NCBI GenBank assembly: GCA_030390025.1 | Contig: CM059432.1 | Location: 14,758,001-14,822,000 of the forward strand | DNA from: Squalus acanthias | Taxonomy: Eukaryota | Reading direction: 5' to 3' | Length of the DNA stretch: 64,000 bases | Part shown: in pieces, positions 47,711-58,918 of the stretch | Numbering within the stretch: position 1 is the first letter of the stretch | Layout of the letters: every line of letters begins with the position of its first letter | Translations under genes and position numbers: made by a program | The notes under the pieces: model-generated | Databases searched by the model: none | Told to the model about the DNA's origin: nothing | What the model saw: only the letters and a program-made list of their open reading frames with translations

Positions 47711-49804
47711 TTAAATTAACTGAAATTAAATTCCTCGGCTGCCGTGGTGAGATTTGAACTCACGTCCCTGGATCATTAGGCCAGGCCTCTGGATTACTAA
47801 CCCAGTGACATTACCACTATGCTACCGTTCCCAGAAAAAGGAGCTGAATTCCAGAGGTCATAGAGTCATAACATCACAGGAGGCTGCCATTCGGCCCATC
47901 GAGTCCGTGCCGGCTCTCTGCAGAGCAATCCAGTCAGTCCCATTCCCCCGCTCTATCCCCGTAGCCCTGCAAGTTTATTTCGCTCAAGTGCCTATCCAGT
48001 CTCCCCTTGAAAACATTGAGTGTGTCCGCTTCCACCACTTCCGTCAGCAGCGAGATAGAGTCAGGTAAGGTGAGAGTGACTGCCCTTGACATCAAGGCAG
48101 CATTTGACCGAGTCTGGCATCAAGGAACCGATGTCAAAAACTGAAGTCAATGGGAATCGGGGGGGAAATTCTCTACTGGATGGAGTCATACCTAGCACAA
48201 AGGAAGATGGTTGAAGATCAATTATCACAGCCCCAGGACATCGCTGCAGGAGTTCCTCAGGGCAGTGTCCTAGGCCCAACCATCTTCAGCTGCTTCATCA
48301 ATGACCTTCCCGCCAACATAAGGTCAGAAATGGGGATGTTTGCTGATGACTGCACAGTGTTCAGTGCCATTCACAACTCCTCAGATAATGAAGCAGTCCA
48401 TGCCCGCATGCAACAAGACCTGGACGACGTTCAGGCTTGGGCTGGTAAGTGGCAGGTAACATTCACGCCACACAAGTGCCAGGCAATGACTATCTCGAAC
48501 AAGCGAGATTCTAACCACCGCCCCTTGACATTCAACGGCATTACCATGGCCGAATCCCCCACCATCAACATCCTGGGGGTCACCATTGACCAGAAACTTA
48601 ACTGGACCAGCCACATAAATACTGTGGCAACAAGAGCAGGTCAGAGGCTAGGTATTCTGCGGCGAGTGTCTCACCTCCTGACTCCCCAAAGCCTTTCCAC
48701 CATCTACAAGGCACAAGTAAGGAGTGTGATGGAATACTCTCCACTTGCCTGGATGAGTGCAGCTCCAACAACACTCAAGATGCTTGACACCATCCAGGAC
48801 AAAGCAGCCCGCTTGATTGGCACCCCATCCACCACCTTAAACATTCACTCCCTCCACCACCTGCGTACCATGGCTGCAGTGTGTACCATCTACAAGATGC
48901 ACTGCAGCTGTAAGCATCAACGCAGGCCCCAAAGAGGTTTTTTTTGTATCGGACATTTTGAATGACTGTTACTGCTGATTTGACCAACTGCCTGTTTGGA
49001 GAAGATGGGAGGGGCCCAGGTGTTCGTGGACAGGAGATTCCAGCCAGGCCTACAAACTAATTATAGGAGAATGTCTGGGCGGACAGAATTCTCTGGGAAG
49101 ACAATGGGTCCGGGGAGATGACTCATACGGTCACAAGCACCTGGATGAGATAGCCCCGAAAGGCGGGAACCGGACAAAAGAGGGCCATTGTAAATTAATG
49201 GTAAGCCACTTAACCCAGGATCAGGTGAGTAGTGCGGCCCATCATCAGCCATTAACACCAGCACCTAGATGGGATAGCCCCGAAAGGCGGGAAACCAGAC
49301 AAAGAAGACAAAGAAGGGTGATTAAAAAGACATCACTGCAACTACACAAAGCGGAATGAACTTTTAGGATATAGAGAAGGCAGCTTTGCCATTTTTCTCT
49401 CTCTCTCTCGCTTGCTCTAAACCACCACGAGCGAAAAGAGCCTCACCTTGCTCTTCGACTGTAGGAACGAACCTTGAAACTGGGACTAGGATACTGCATC
49501 GGTGATACGGAACCAGGAGACACGCTCTACACAGGGAAGCAGCGAGCAAGAAACCGGACAATCGGGGTGAGCATTGTCCAAGCCCACGCATCCTTAAGAC
49601 CACCGGTACTGTGTGAGGGAGTGTTGTGTGTCCCAACCAAGCCAGAGGGGTTTAGTGGGGAGGTTTTGTGTGTATTATACAGTGTATGTTCCGGGGTTTG
49701 TGGAACAAGTCCATGTTATACTCTGTATAGCAACACAGTGTGATTTTAGGTGTCTTAACACGAGATAGGGGCCTGTTCGACGGGCCAAGTTGTATTGTTG
49801 TACT

Positions 49805-50008
49805 ACGATAGCAAAATACTGCGGATGCTGGAAATCCGAAATAACAACAGAAAACGCTGGAAAAACTCAGCAGGCCAGGCAACATCCGTGGAGAGAGAAT
49901 GAGAGTTAACGTTTCAGGTCGAGTTCCGACGAAGGGTTTCGACCTGAAACGTTAACTCTCTTTCTCTCTCCACGGATGTTGCCTGGCCTGCTGAGTTTTT
50001 CCAGCGTT
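49805..50008 (+). mobile_element. Palindromic Penelope-like mini-element with 15-bp TSD
   Basis: ttgtattgttgtact at 49790-49804 and 50009-50023; inverted arms 49851-49922 and 49939-50010. Confidence 0.8.
49921..49958 (+). ncRNA. Putative minimal type I hammerhead ribozyme motif (variant core)
   Basis: Stem I GAGUU/AACUC; core CCGACGA (consensus CUGANGA); stem II AGGGU-UUCG-ACCU; GAAA; palindromic ACGU in place of helix III. Confidence 0.6.
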
Positions 50009-50539
50009 TTGTATTGTTGTACTGTTTGTTTTATGCCACCAGGTATTTTACGTACTGGAAGCGGGTGTGTGTATTAACCTTATTAAACACCGTACGGTTG
50101 AGTCCGAAAAGCTTGTCTGTGTCCCAATCCTGTTCACTGAAATTCCTGGCGTATAGAACTAAGTAGGAGGGGTGATTCGAACCACCAAAGCAAACCACCT
50201 ACACAGCAACTCACCAAAGCTTCTTCGGCAGCACCTCCTAAACCTGTGACCTCCACCACCTAGAAGGACAAGAGCAGCAGGCGCATGGGAACACCACCAC
50301 CTCCAAGTTCCCCTCCAAGTCACATACCATCCTGATTTAGAAGTATATCGCCGATCCTTCATCGTCGCTGGGTCAAAATCCTGGAAGTCCCTCTCTAACA
50401 GCACTGTGGGAGTACCTTCACCACATGGATTGCAGCGGTTCAAAAAAGCGGCTCACCACCACCTTCTCAAGGGTAATTAGGGATGGGCAATAAATGCTGG
50501 CCTTGCCAGTGATGCCCACATCCCATAAACGAATTTTTA

Positions 50540-51275
50540 AAAAGTCACAAAGGATGTCATTTGTGACTTTGATGAGAGCCGTTTCGGTACTGTGGCAAGG
50601 GCGGAAACCTGATTGGAGGGATGCAAACATGGAGTTGCGGGAAAGATGTGCACGGATTTGGGAGGCGACAGCATGTTCAAGGACTTTGGAGAGGAAAGGG
50701 ACGTTGGAGATGGGGCGGTAGTTTGCAAGGACGGAAGGGTCAAGAGTTGTTTTTTTGAGGAGGGGGTTGATAACGGCAGATTTGAGGGAGAGGGGGGACA
50801 GTACCTGAGGAGAGCGAACTGTTAACAAGGTCAGCTAACATTGGAGCCAGAAAAGGAAGTTGGGTGGTCAGCAGTTTAGTGGGAATAGGGTCGAGAGAGC
50901 AGGAAGTGGGTCTCATGGACAAGATGAACGTGGAGAGGTCATGAGGAGAGATCAGAGAGAAACTGGAGAAAGATGTGAGTTCAGGGTTAGGGCAGGGGGG
51001 AACCTTAGAGGAGTTTGGCCCGGTGGGCTAGGGGAAGGAAGGGAAGTGGCAGAGGCAGCCGATTGGATGGTCTTAATCTTAGAGAAAAAGAAGTCATGAT
51101 CTCCTTACACTTGTTGTTGGAGGTGAGGGTGGAGGAGACAGGGGAGAGGGGTTTAAGAAGACGGTTAGCAGTAGAGAATAGGAGCTGGGGTTTATCTTTG
51201 CATTCCAGAATGATTCTGGAATAGTGAGCAATTTTGGCAGACGAGAGCAGGACCCGATAATGCAGATAATCATAC
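50540..51275 (-). mobile_element. L2 LINE ORF2 mid-portion
   Basis: LDPIPTKLL, PLLKK..LDP..NYRPISN, QSGFRPCHSTETALIKVTND. Confidence 0.9.
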
Positions 51276-52039
51276 ACTAGATATCACAGATCAGTAGCAA
51301 CCTCCATGCTGAACCTGAGCTTCACCAGATACTGATCCTCCATGTGACCTCGCTGCACTTGTTAAGAACATAAGAATTAAGAGCAGGAGTGGGCTGTATG
51401 GCCCCTCGAGCCTGCTGCGCCATTCAAGAAGATCAAGGCTGATCTTCGACATCAACTCCACTTTCTGTGCGACCCCCATGTTGCAGTAGACTCTGCCCCC
51501 GACAGTCAATTCAGCGAATGGTGCACCTCCCACGCCCTCTGCACATGTATGACCTCTGAACAAATTGACTATAGACAACACAGTGACTCAAATGTAATTA
51601 TTGGTCTGCTTTGACCCCATTTACACTGGGTGGTGTGAGAAGAAGAAACACAGAGAGGAAACCGTGCCCCTAACTCTCCAGAATATATAGAAGTGATCTG
51701 ATTAAGTGAAGTAAACCTCAAACCTTCCTCAGAACTCAATGTTTTCTCTCTTCCTTTCTTCTTGTAATCTACATTTTTTTAAAAACCCATCGCTGAGTCA
51801 ATCTAATCTTCTCCCACTTTTCTCAGCTTTATGATGTCCTGACGAGGATTCTCAATATTGTCATCCATTATTAGGTGGCACTTCTAATCACTGTAATCAA
51901 TTGGCAGTGTGAAATGCACATTGTGTAATGTGCATTCTACAACCATTCATGGGAATTTAGTATTGGCTATATATTTGTAATTCTTATAAATCTGTACCAG
52001 TGAACAATTTAACTATTTTGAATGCACTTCTTCTTTAAG

Positions 52040-52420
52040 AGATCTTTAATGAGTTCACTGTTGTGATGTAGGGAAACGCGGTAGCCAATTTGCGCACAGC
52101 AAGGTTCCACAAACAGTAATGCGATAAATGACCAGATAATCTGTTTTTAGTGGAGTTGGTTGAGTGATAAGTATTGGCCAGGACACCAGAACAACTTCCC
52201 TTCTCTTCTTCGAATAGTGCCATGGGATCTTTTACGTCCACCAGTGAGGGCAGATGGGGCCTCGGCTTAACGTCTTATCCGAAAGACTGGCACCTCCGGC
52301 AATGCAGCACTCCCACAGTGTGTCGGCCTGGATTATGTGCTCAATTCTCTGGAGTGGGACTTGAACCCACAACCTTCTGACAGAGGCGAGAGTGCTACCC
52401 ACTGAGCCAAGGCTGACATT
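52040..52420 (-). mobile_element. Deu-domain SINE
   Basis: Colinear with 14477-14925. Confidence 0.85.
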
Positions 52421-53842
52421 GTTCACTGATCTCAGAGCAGCAGTAGGCTGCTAGAGTTGACTGCAGTGCTGAAAGGCTAAGGAGGTAAATATACGTCAAA
52501 GACCTCGAACGGCCTGGTCCCCAGTCCAGTGACCAAAGCTTGGAGGGATGTGGATGGAATTAAGTTATACCTGTGATGACCCCCACTACCTGCTGTCCAG
52601 CCTTACACAGAAGAATGGCAATTTGAATGTGTCCCAGAAGGCTGTCTGTATTTGTGAAACTATTCCCAGCAAGACTCAGCACTTTGAGCAGAGAAAGGGA
52701 AAACATTGTAGGGAAAAAGAGACATACAATGTCCTTAAGAGACTTCCTTCCTATTTTGCAGCAGCAGGTTTGATAATGTACTATTGCATCTCCGCAATAG
52801 ATTCCCACTGCTCACGCTGATTAATTATAAAGCTCCTACTTTCAGTCTGAGTAGATGTGATCTACACACTGACACATTACTGAACACACTGCATTTTGTT
52901 TCTGGTAAGTCACTGTCAGTCTGAACTTGAAATATTGATTTCTATGTGTGGTCTGTCATGTCTGCTAAATGTAGATCATCTTTCAGTGCCAGAGTAACAG
53001 CTGTATCATGTTCAGTGCAGCTAATCGTTATTCTCCACTGGGGATGACCTCCCTCTGAGGTTACAGCGAGTTGTAACTTGTAACTGATTGGCAGTGTAAT
53101 TGCGGCTGTCGGTAAGATATATCTTTTATTTTGCATGTCCATATTAGTTTAGCACATACCTATAGTACTATAATTGCCCAGTTAAGAAGCAGTGAAATAA
53201 AAAGTGATATCACTGCATTTCAGATCAGTTGAAACTGCCCAGTATCACAGTAATTTACTTCAAAATGCGCGATTTAATCACGAGGCATGTCCATCACTAT
53301 TTGCCAATGCACTGGGGGGGGGGGATAAAGAAACAAACTTATCCAAAGTTCGCTCCCTTTCAACTCCAAATGGGTAAATTTTACAAAGGCCCATCACCAC
53401 CACAGGGGCCGTACTCGAGTTGCCATGCCAACCCTCCAGGATTGCCAGGAATGAAAGACTATTTTCTCCAGGGCACTGCTGCGAGCAACCCCGGGAAGAA
53501 ATCATCAGGGGCATCAAAAAAAAAGTGTGTTTTTAAAAAAAAAAACATTTTCTTTGAATACTTTTGTTTACTAGTTTTAAAAATATTGGGCAGGGGGGGA
53601 AAAAAAAGGCTGTTGGACTGAGAGTCGAAGAATCATCCAATTGAGCAATGAGGAGTCAATTCACTTTCCGATTGGCGTTGCACCGTGAGGATGGACATGT
53701 CTGGCGCCCAAAGGCGAGAGTATGGGGTCAGGGCAGGCCGGAGGTCAGGCAGGAGGTCAGGCAGGAGATAAAACCTCCAGGAATACGTCCAAACCAGGAT
53801 TGACAACCCTCGGCCTCGTACGCAGCCAGTGCATAGTAGGAC

Positions 53843-54530
53843 CATAGGAACAGGAGTAGGTCATTCAGCCCCTCGAGCCTGTTTCACCATTCAATGAGGT
53901 CATGGCTGATCTGCGACCTAACTCCATATCCCTTCATACCTTTGGTTAACAGAAAGCTATCAATCTCAGATTTAAAATGAACAATTGATCTAGCATCAAT
54001 TACCGTTTGTGGAAGAGAGTTCCAAACTTCTGCCACCCTTTGCGTGTAGAAGTGTTTCCTAACTTCACTCCTGAAAGGCCTGGCTCTAATTTTTAGACTA
54101 TGCCCCCTAGTCCGAGACTCCTCAACCAGCGGAAAGTGTTGCTCTCTATCTACCCTATCAGTTCCCCTTAATATCTTGAAAACTTTGATCAAATCACCCC
54201 TTAACCTTCTAAATTCCAGGGAATACAACCCTAATTTGTATAATCTCTCCTCGTAATTTAACCCTTGGAGTTCAGGTATCAGTCTGGTAAACCTACGCTG
54301 CACTCCCTCCATGGCCCATATATCCTTCCTAAGGTGTGGTGCCCAGACCTGCTCACAGTACTCCAGGTGTGGTCTAACCAGGGCTTTGTATAGCTGCAGC
54401 ATAACTTCTAACCCCTTGTATTCTAGTCCTCCAGATATAAGCCTTTTTGATTATTTTCTGTACCTGTCCATGACATTTTAATGATCTATGTGCCAGGATC
54501 CCCAAGTCTCTTTGGACCTCCACTGTTTCC
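53843..54530 (-). mobile_element. CR1 3' fragment
   Basis: ORF 53884-54402, LYKALVRPHLEYC..FYTQRV. Confidence 0.9.
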
Positions 54531-55218
54531 AACAAAATTGATTGTAAAATCAACGGCTGGAGATTCACGAACAGTACAGCGGCAATTTTCCGATATGCTC
54601 CGACTGCATGCGAGGCCCTAGCACCAAGCCGTGTAAAATTGCCCAACCAAATCACGTGGACAAACTCTTTCCATTACTCAAAAGCTAAGACCGCAAACAA
54701 CAGGGACTGTATGGCGCAGCGACTCGTTTACCTCTGAGCCTTGCCTTCAAAACAAGCCCACACTGAAGCTGTCATCTGTCTGCTGACCTCGGCCACCTGA
54801 TGCACTGCTGAAAATTGCTTGTAATCTGGCACAAAATTGCCATTCTCACTTAAGGAAGCCACACCGTGGTGATGTGGGAAATGGAAAAATACCATACTGT
54901 GTGTTTCTTTTCTGAATTAGGGCTGAGGCACATTGTGGCAGAGTCAAAAGAGAGAGAGATTTGCTCGGCATCTAACTGTGCTGTACCTGCCCTGAGTCTG
55001 CTTGATGCTGACACTGGTCGCCCAAAATAGAAAACGTTCCCTTCCGTTCCCTCACAACATAGCAATTAAGGCCATTTTTGTGAACAGGAGATATTTGGGA
55101 TGTGCGCCGGTATCACTTTGTAGAGTTAGCCCAGCTGTTTCGCTACGTGTTGGAGGAAGCGTGCACTCAGGACGAGACCAGGTATCGCACTCCTTTACTC
55201 CCGAGGCTCTTCACTTAC

Positions 55219-55406
55219 CTCATATTCCTCTTTGAATCCGTAGCCTTCGGCGCATTTCATCTGTGTAATGTGCTGCAGCAGGTCTGCGACTCGTATGGCT
55301 GGATGGAGCTGCCCTGTTTGATACGGCACATCCACAGGCTCTCGCTTCTTATAGGGGTGGGGCTGCACCAAGCTGTTGGCCTCGTTGGCGACTGTGTGAT
55401 TTTCAT
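55219..55406 (-). CDS. PTPRM: PTPRM internal coding exon (juxtamembrane/wedge region just before phosphatase domain D1), 188 nt
   Basis: Minus-strand translation (D)[62 protein letters not shown]. Acceptor tgtctgcatgtAG, donor GTaagt. [14 protein letters not shown] and [11 protein letters not shown] point to PTPRM rather than PTPRK/T/U. Confidence 0.96.
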
Positions 55407-55883
55407 CTACATGCAGACAACGACAGTTATGTTAGCTCTTCCTCAGCTGAACTGGTTTCTAAAAGCTTCACCCCCCCCCAAGTAAATTAGTTTCACGTTT
55501 TAATTAATCAAGCAATGTGAATCAATATATCGTTCTATGTATTGCTTTGGATGGTCATTTTAAAGCTGCAGTATTATACACTCATTCGCGTATTTAATAC
55601 AAATGTAACAAAGAACATTGATACTAAAGGTTTCAATTTTCATGATCAAAGGGCAATTTGCTCAAATTATACACATGGATAAGATAAAGGGAACTCACTA
55701 CTGTTTATTTAAAAAAAAAACCTGTCATATCGGCCAAGGTGGTCTCAGGTTTATAGAATCATAGATCATAGTTGAACTCCATTCTGTAATAAGTTAGTTG
55801 GGGAGTTAAGGGATAGAGGTTTAGAGAACTATTAACAGCACTGCTTGAGGTAAGGGAAGGATTTATATCTTTGGTACATAATG

Positions 55884-56292
55884 AGAACATAAGAAATAGG
55901 AGCAGGAATAGGCCACTTGGCCCCTCGAGCCTGCTCCGCCATTCAATAAGACCATGGCTGATCTTGGGCTCAAAGCCACTTCCCTGCCCGCTCCCCATAA
56001 CCCTTCACTCCCTTATCTTGCAAAAATCTGTCTATCTCCACCTTAAATGTATTTAATGGCCCAGCCTCCATGGCTCTCTGGGGCAGAGAATTCCACAGAT
56101 TTACGACCCTCTGAGAGAAGAAATTCCTCCTCATCTCAGTTCTAAAAGGGCGACCCTTTATTCTGAAACTATGCCCCCGAGTTCTAGATTTCCTCACAAG
56201 GGGAAACATTCTCTCTGCATCTACCTTGTCGAGCCCCCTCAGATTCTTATATGTTTCAATAAGATCACCTCTCATTCTTCTAAATTCCAATG
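55884..56292 (-). mobile_element. CR1 3' fragment
   Basis: LEFRRMRGDLIETYK..FFSQRVVNLWNSLP; gaacataagaa tail. Confidence 0.9.
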
Positions 56293-57673
56293 GCAGTGGT
56301 GGGAATGCTGCTGGGGGGAGAAGAGGTGGAGTATATGAGAGCGCGATCATACACAGACTCAGGATGGAGTAGGCTTTGATGGGTTGAATGTCTCTTTTTT
56401 GTTCCAGTTTCTTGTGTTTTAATCTCAGCTGGGGGCATCAGTTGGGGTGCTGGAATTGCGCTCAGTGCTCATTGCTATTCAATGACTCCTGCTGGAAGGT
56501 GGAAGTGTGTGGATGGTTGGTTGAGGGCACAATTGAGGTCAGCTGTGATGCTGCTTGCAGTTGAAGAGCCTGCCAACGTTCACTGTCTATACTCCCGCCC
56601 GTATAATGGATATTTGCTTAAGGTACATGAAAGGTTGCTGGTACCAGCAAAAAAGAGTCGGCACCTTCAGAAACGAAAGGGGAGACAATTGCAAAAAACG
56701 CAAACAGAAGTTGTGTTTAAGTGAGCTATAATTTGCTGAAAGAGAGGTTTTTATTTGAAAGAAGCCATTTTTGCTTGCTCAGGAAGTTACGTTACATCAT
56801 TTCCTGGGGCAATAATAATATACCACAGCTTTAAAATACTATAAAACATAGTAAAGGTTCTGTGAAGGAAAATAAAATGCATCCCCTCCCCCAATGGTCA
56901 TGCCAATAATCAAACAGGTTACAACTCATTGACAAGATGACCACCGATAGTCAAAAATGTTCAATATTCATACCAAGTACAAGAAAATACTGTGTAAATG
57001 ATATGCTCATCAATTAAAATGAAATCTAGGTCCAGAAATTATTACGGTTCTTTTCATTTAAAAGGATCAAGAAGCAAAAAAAGTAATAAAATAAGCAATT
57101 TTTGTCCTGTTGAATAAAACGCGCTCAAGTAAAATTTCCTTAAGTTCGGGGCAAGTCCTCTTTTTTTTTCAATTTTTGCAACAAAAAAAAAATCGATCAA
57201 GCGTCAACAGATCCAAATACATTTGTTCAGAACAATTTGCAAAATCGGTTTTAATTTCCAGCCTTGATTTCATTCAAAAAAATATTCACAGCAAGCCGTA
57301 ATACTGCACATCAGAAATGAAGATGAAATGGTCAATGACACTCCAAGCTCAGCTTAAAAAATAAATTACAATGAAAAGGCCAGGCGCAAAAAAAAAAACA
57401 TTCAACAGAATATAAAATGGCAAATGCAAGAGGTAGTCCATCGTGGGGGGTGTGGAGGCAGTGGGGAGGGAAGGGGGGAAAAAAGGGGGCAGCGAGGGTT
57501 AATGTCTTGAATAATTGCTTTGCATGCCACGTAAATCAATGGCTTTATGGATTGTCACACAGGGCATGAAATGCTATATGTCAACTGCCATGCAAGTCAA
57601 CACACAACAGAACTGGCCAGAATCGGGTGAGTTGTACAAGCTGCCTCTGGTACAGGGCAAACAAGGAACTTAC

Positions 57674-57685
57674 CATTTATTGGCA
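57674..57685 (-). CDS. PTPRM: PTPRM 12-nt microexon (V)PIN
   Basis: aaaaAG|TGCCAATAAATG|GTaagttcc. Phase 1-1. Joins the flanking exons in frame to give DPFVPTAIL-VPIN-DENH. Confidence 0.88.
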
Positions 57686-58379
57686 CTTTTTTTTTTAAAG
57701 ATACATAACAGGTTAATGTGGAGAAAAAAAAAGGAGAAAAGGAAACAGGGCATAAGCAACAATACTGTGAACATCGTCAAAAATATTTTAAAATTAATTT
57801 GAGATAACTTTGTTTTAAAAAAAATGAACAGTTGTTAACTAGCTCAGTAACAAAATCATGGAAACGGTTATGTTATAACTGATTTGATTTTTCATCTTGT
57901 TGCTATGTAAAACCAAACACCCCACTGGCGCCCTTAACACTACAATAGTTATGCAGTTACTGGTCAACTTGCTTGAAGGCTGCGGGGGTGCCCAAGTTGT
58001 CAAATGATGGGAATATCCTTTAATCCGATACAGTACAAATCTAGATCTCAGTACAAATCAATGGCAATGATGTCTAGTCTTAGAAACTGTGACAGACCGA
58101 TGGTGTGGGGGGACGTTGCATCACAATTCCAATAGCAAGTCATGCTTGATTCCTTTAAACCAGCAGTTCAAACATGCCCGGTTCTATCATTTTCAGCTTC
58201 GATTAAATAAACAAAAACGAAAAAGAAAGAGCGGCTGTTCAAAATAAGAGAAATTAGATCTCCAGTTTCACGGGGACGGATAGGGAATATTGCTTTTTAA
58301 AAAAAAATACAATCTGGATCGCTGACTTCAAGATAACATCAAATGCAATGTGACAATTGCGTGCATTTGATTTTCGGAT

Positions 58380-58740
58380 TTTCTTCCCCTTTTTTCCCCT
58401 TCTCCTTTCCTGAAGGCGCCGGCTCTTGCTGGAGTACGGCCCCATGGGTGCCAGCAGCCCTCCGGTACCTCAACAAGCGGCCATTCTCCACGTGTGAGTG
58501 TCGCCGAGCATCACAGCTGAGCCTATCCTCACGTGACGTCCACACATGTGCAATTTTGGGGCGGGAGGGTTGGTCACAGGACAGCGGTCAGGAGCAGGAA
58601 CCCCGGCTGATTTTCTCCTCCCTGACCCATTTGTCGCGCCCCTTTCTTTCACCCTGGCCGAGATCAGGTAACTCAGCACAGACCAGGGATTAAACCTGGG
58701 AACTTCCTGGGTTGTACGGCTCAGTACCATGCCGGGCCAT
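58380..58740 (-). mobile_element. AmnSINE2-like tRNA-derived SINE; degraded copies at about 2900-3030, 8930-9120, 26150-26740, 56420-56690 and 60760-61100
   Basis: Head ggtactgagccgtacaacccaggaagttcccaggtttaatccctggtctgtgctgagttacctgatctc. The family name is from recall. Confidence 0.6.
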
Positions 58741-58891
58741 GCATCAGGGAAGCTGAACGTATTATTTACGAGAGATGTGTTAAGTTAATTTCCTGTTTGC
58801 CAGGTAACAAATGAGACACAAGCCACTGCATCAATGTATTTCATCTGCTTGACTTGCAGTAAACTGGGAAAAACAGAAGAAAGGTCCTCAC

Positions 58892-58918
58892 CTAATATTG
58901 CTGTTGGCACGAATGGAT
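58892..58918 (-). CDS. PTPRM: PTPRM 27-nt microexon (D)PFVPTAIL
   Basis: cacc-AG|ATCCATTCGTGCCAACAGCAATATTAG|GTgagg. Phase 1-1. Matches the DPFVPTAIL juxtamembrane insert of R2B receptor phosphatases. Confidence 0.92.
   Translation of the reverse strand: MHSCQQQY

Larger units (their letters stand above)
48909..50203. mobile_element. Solo LTR (ERV- or Gypsy-type), TG...CA termini, 4-bp TSD
   Basis: Starts TGTAag, ends ccTACA; CAGC at 48905-48908 and 50204-50207; the host LINE rejoins exactly; internal direct repeat of about 44 bp. Confidence 0.85.
48061..50540 (+). mobile_element. CR1-clade LINE (second subfamily) split by a solo LTR
   Basis: GVPQGSVLGP..FADD..YKMHCS, resuming at 50204 as cagcaactcaccaaagc. 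Confidence 0.92.

Noticed and set aside
49137..49304. ctggatga...cgaaa direct repeats in the LTR as hammerhead ribozymes
   Set aside because: The core is not CUGANGA and there is no stem II between it and GAAA; better read as LTR direct repeats.
53270..53825. Possible additional MITE (also 4620-4870, 34240-34420 and 54535-54650)
   Set aside because: The composition is suggestive, but I could not define paired TIRs and TSDs.
55102..55485. 127-aa plus-strand ORF
   Set aside because: Antisense shadow of the PTPRM exon; no recognisable protein.
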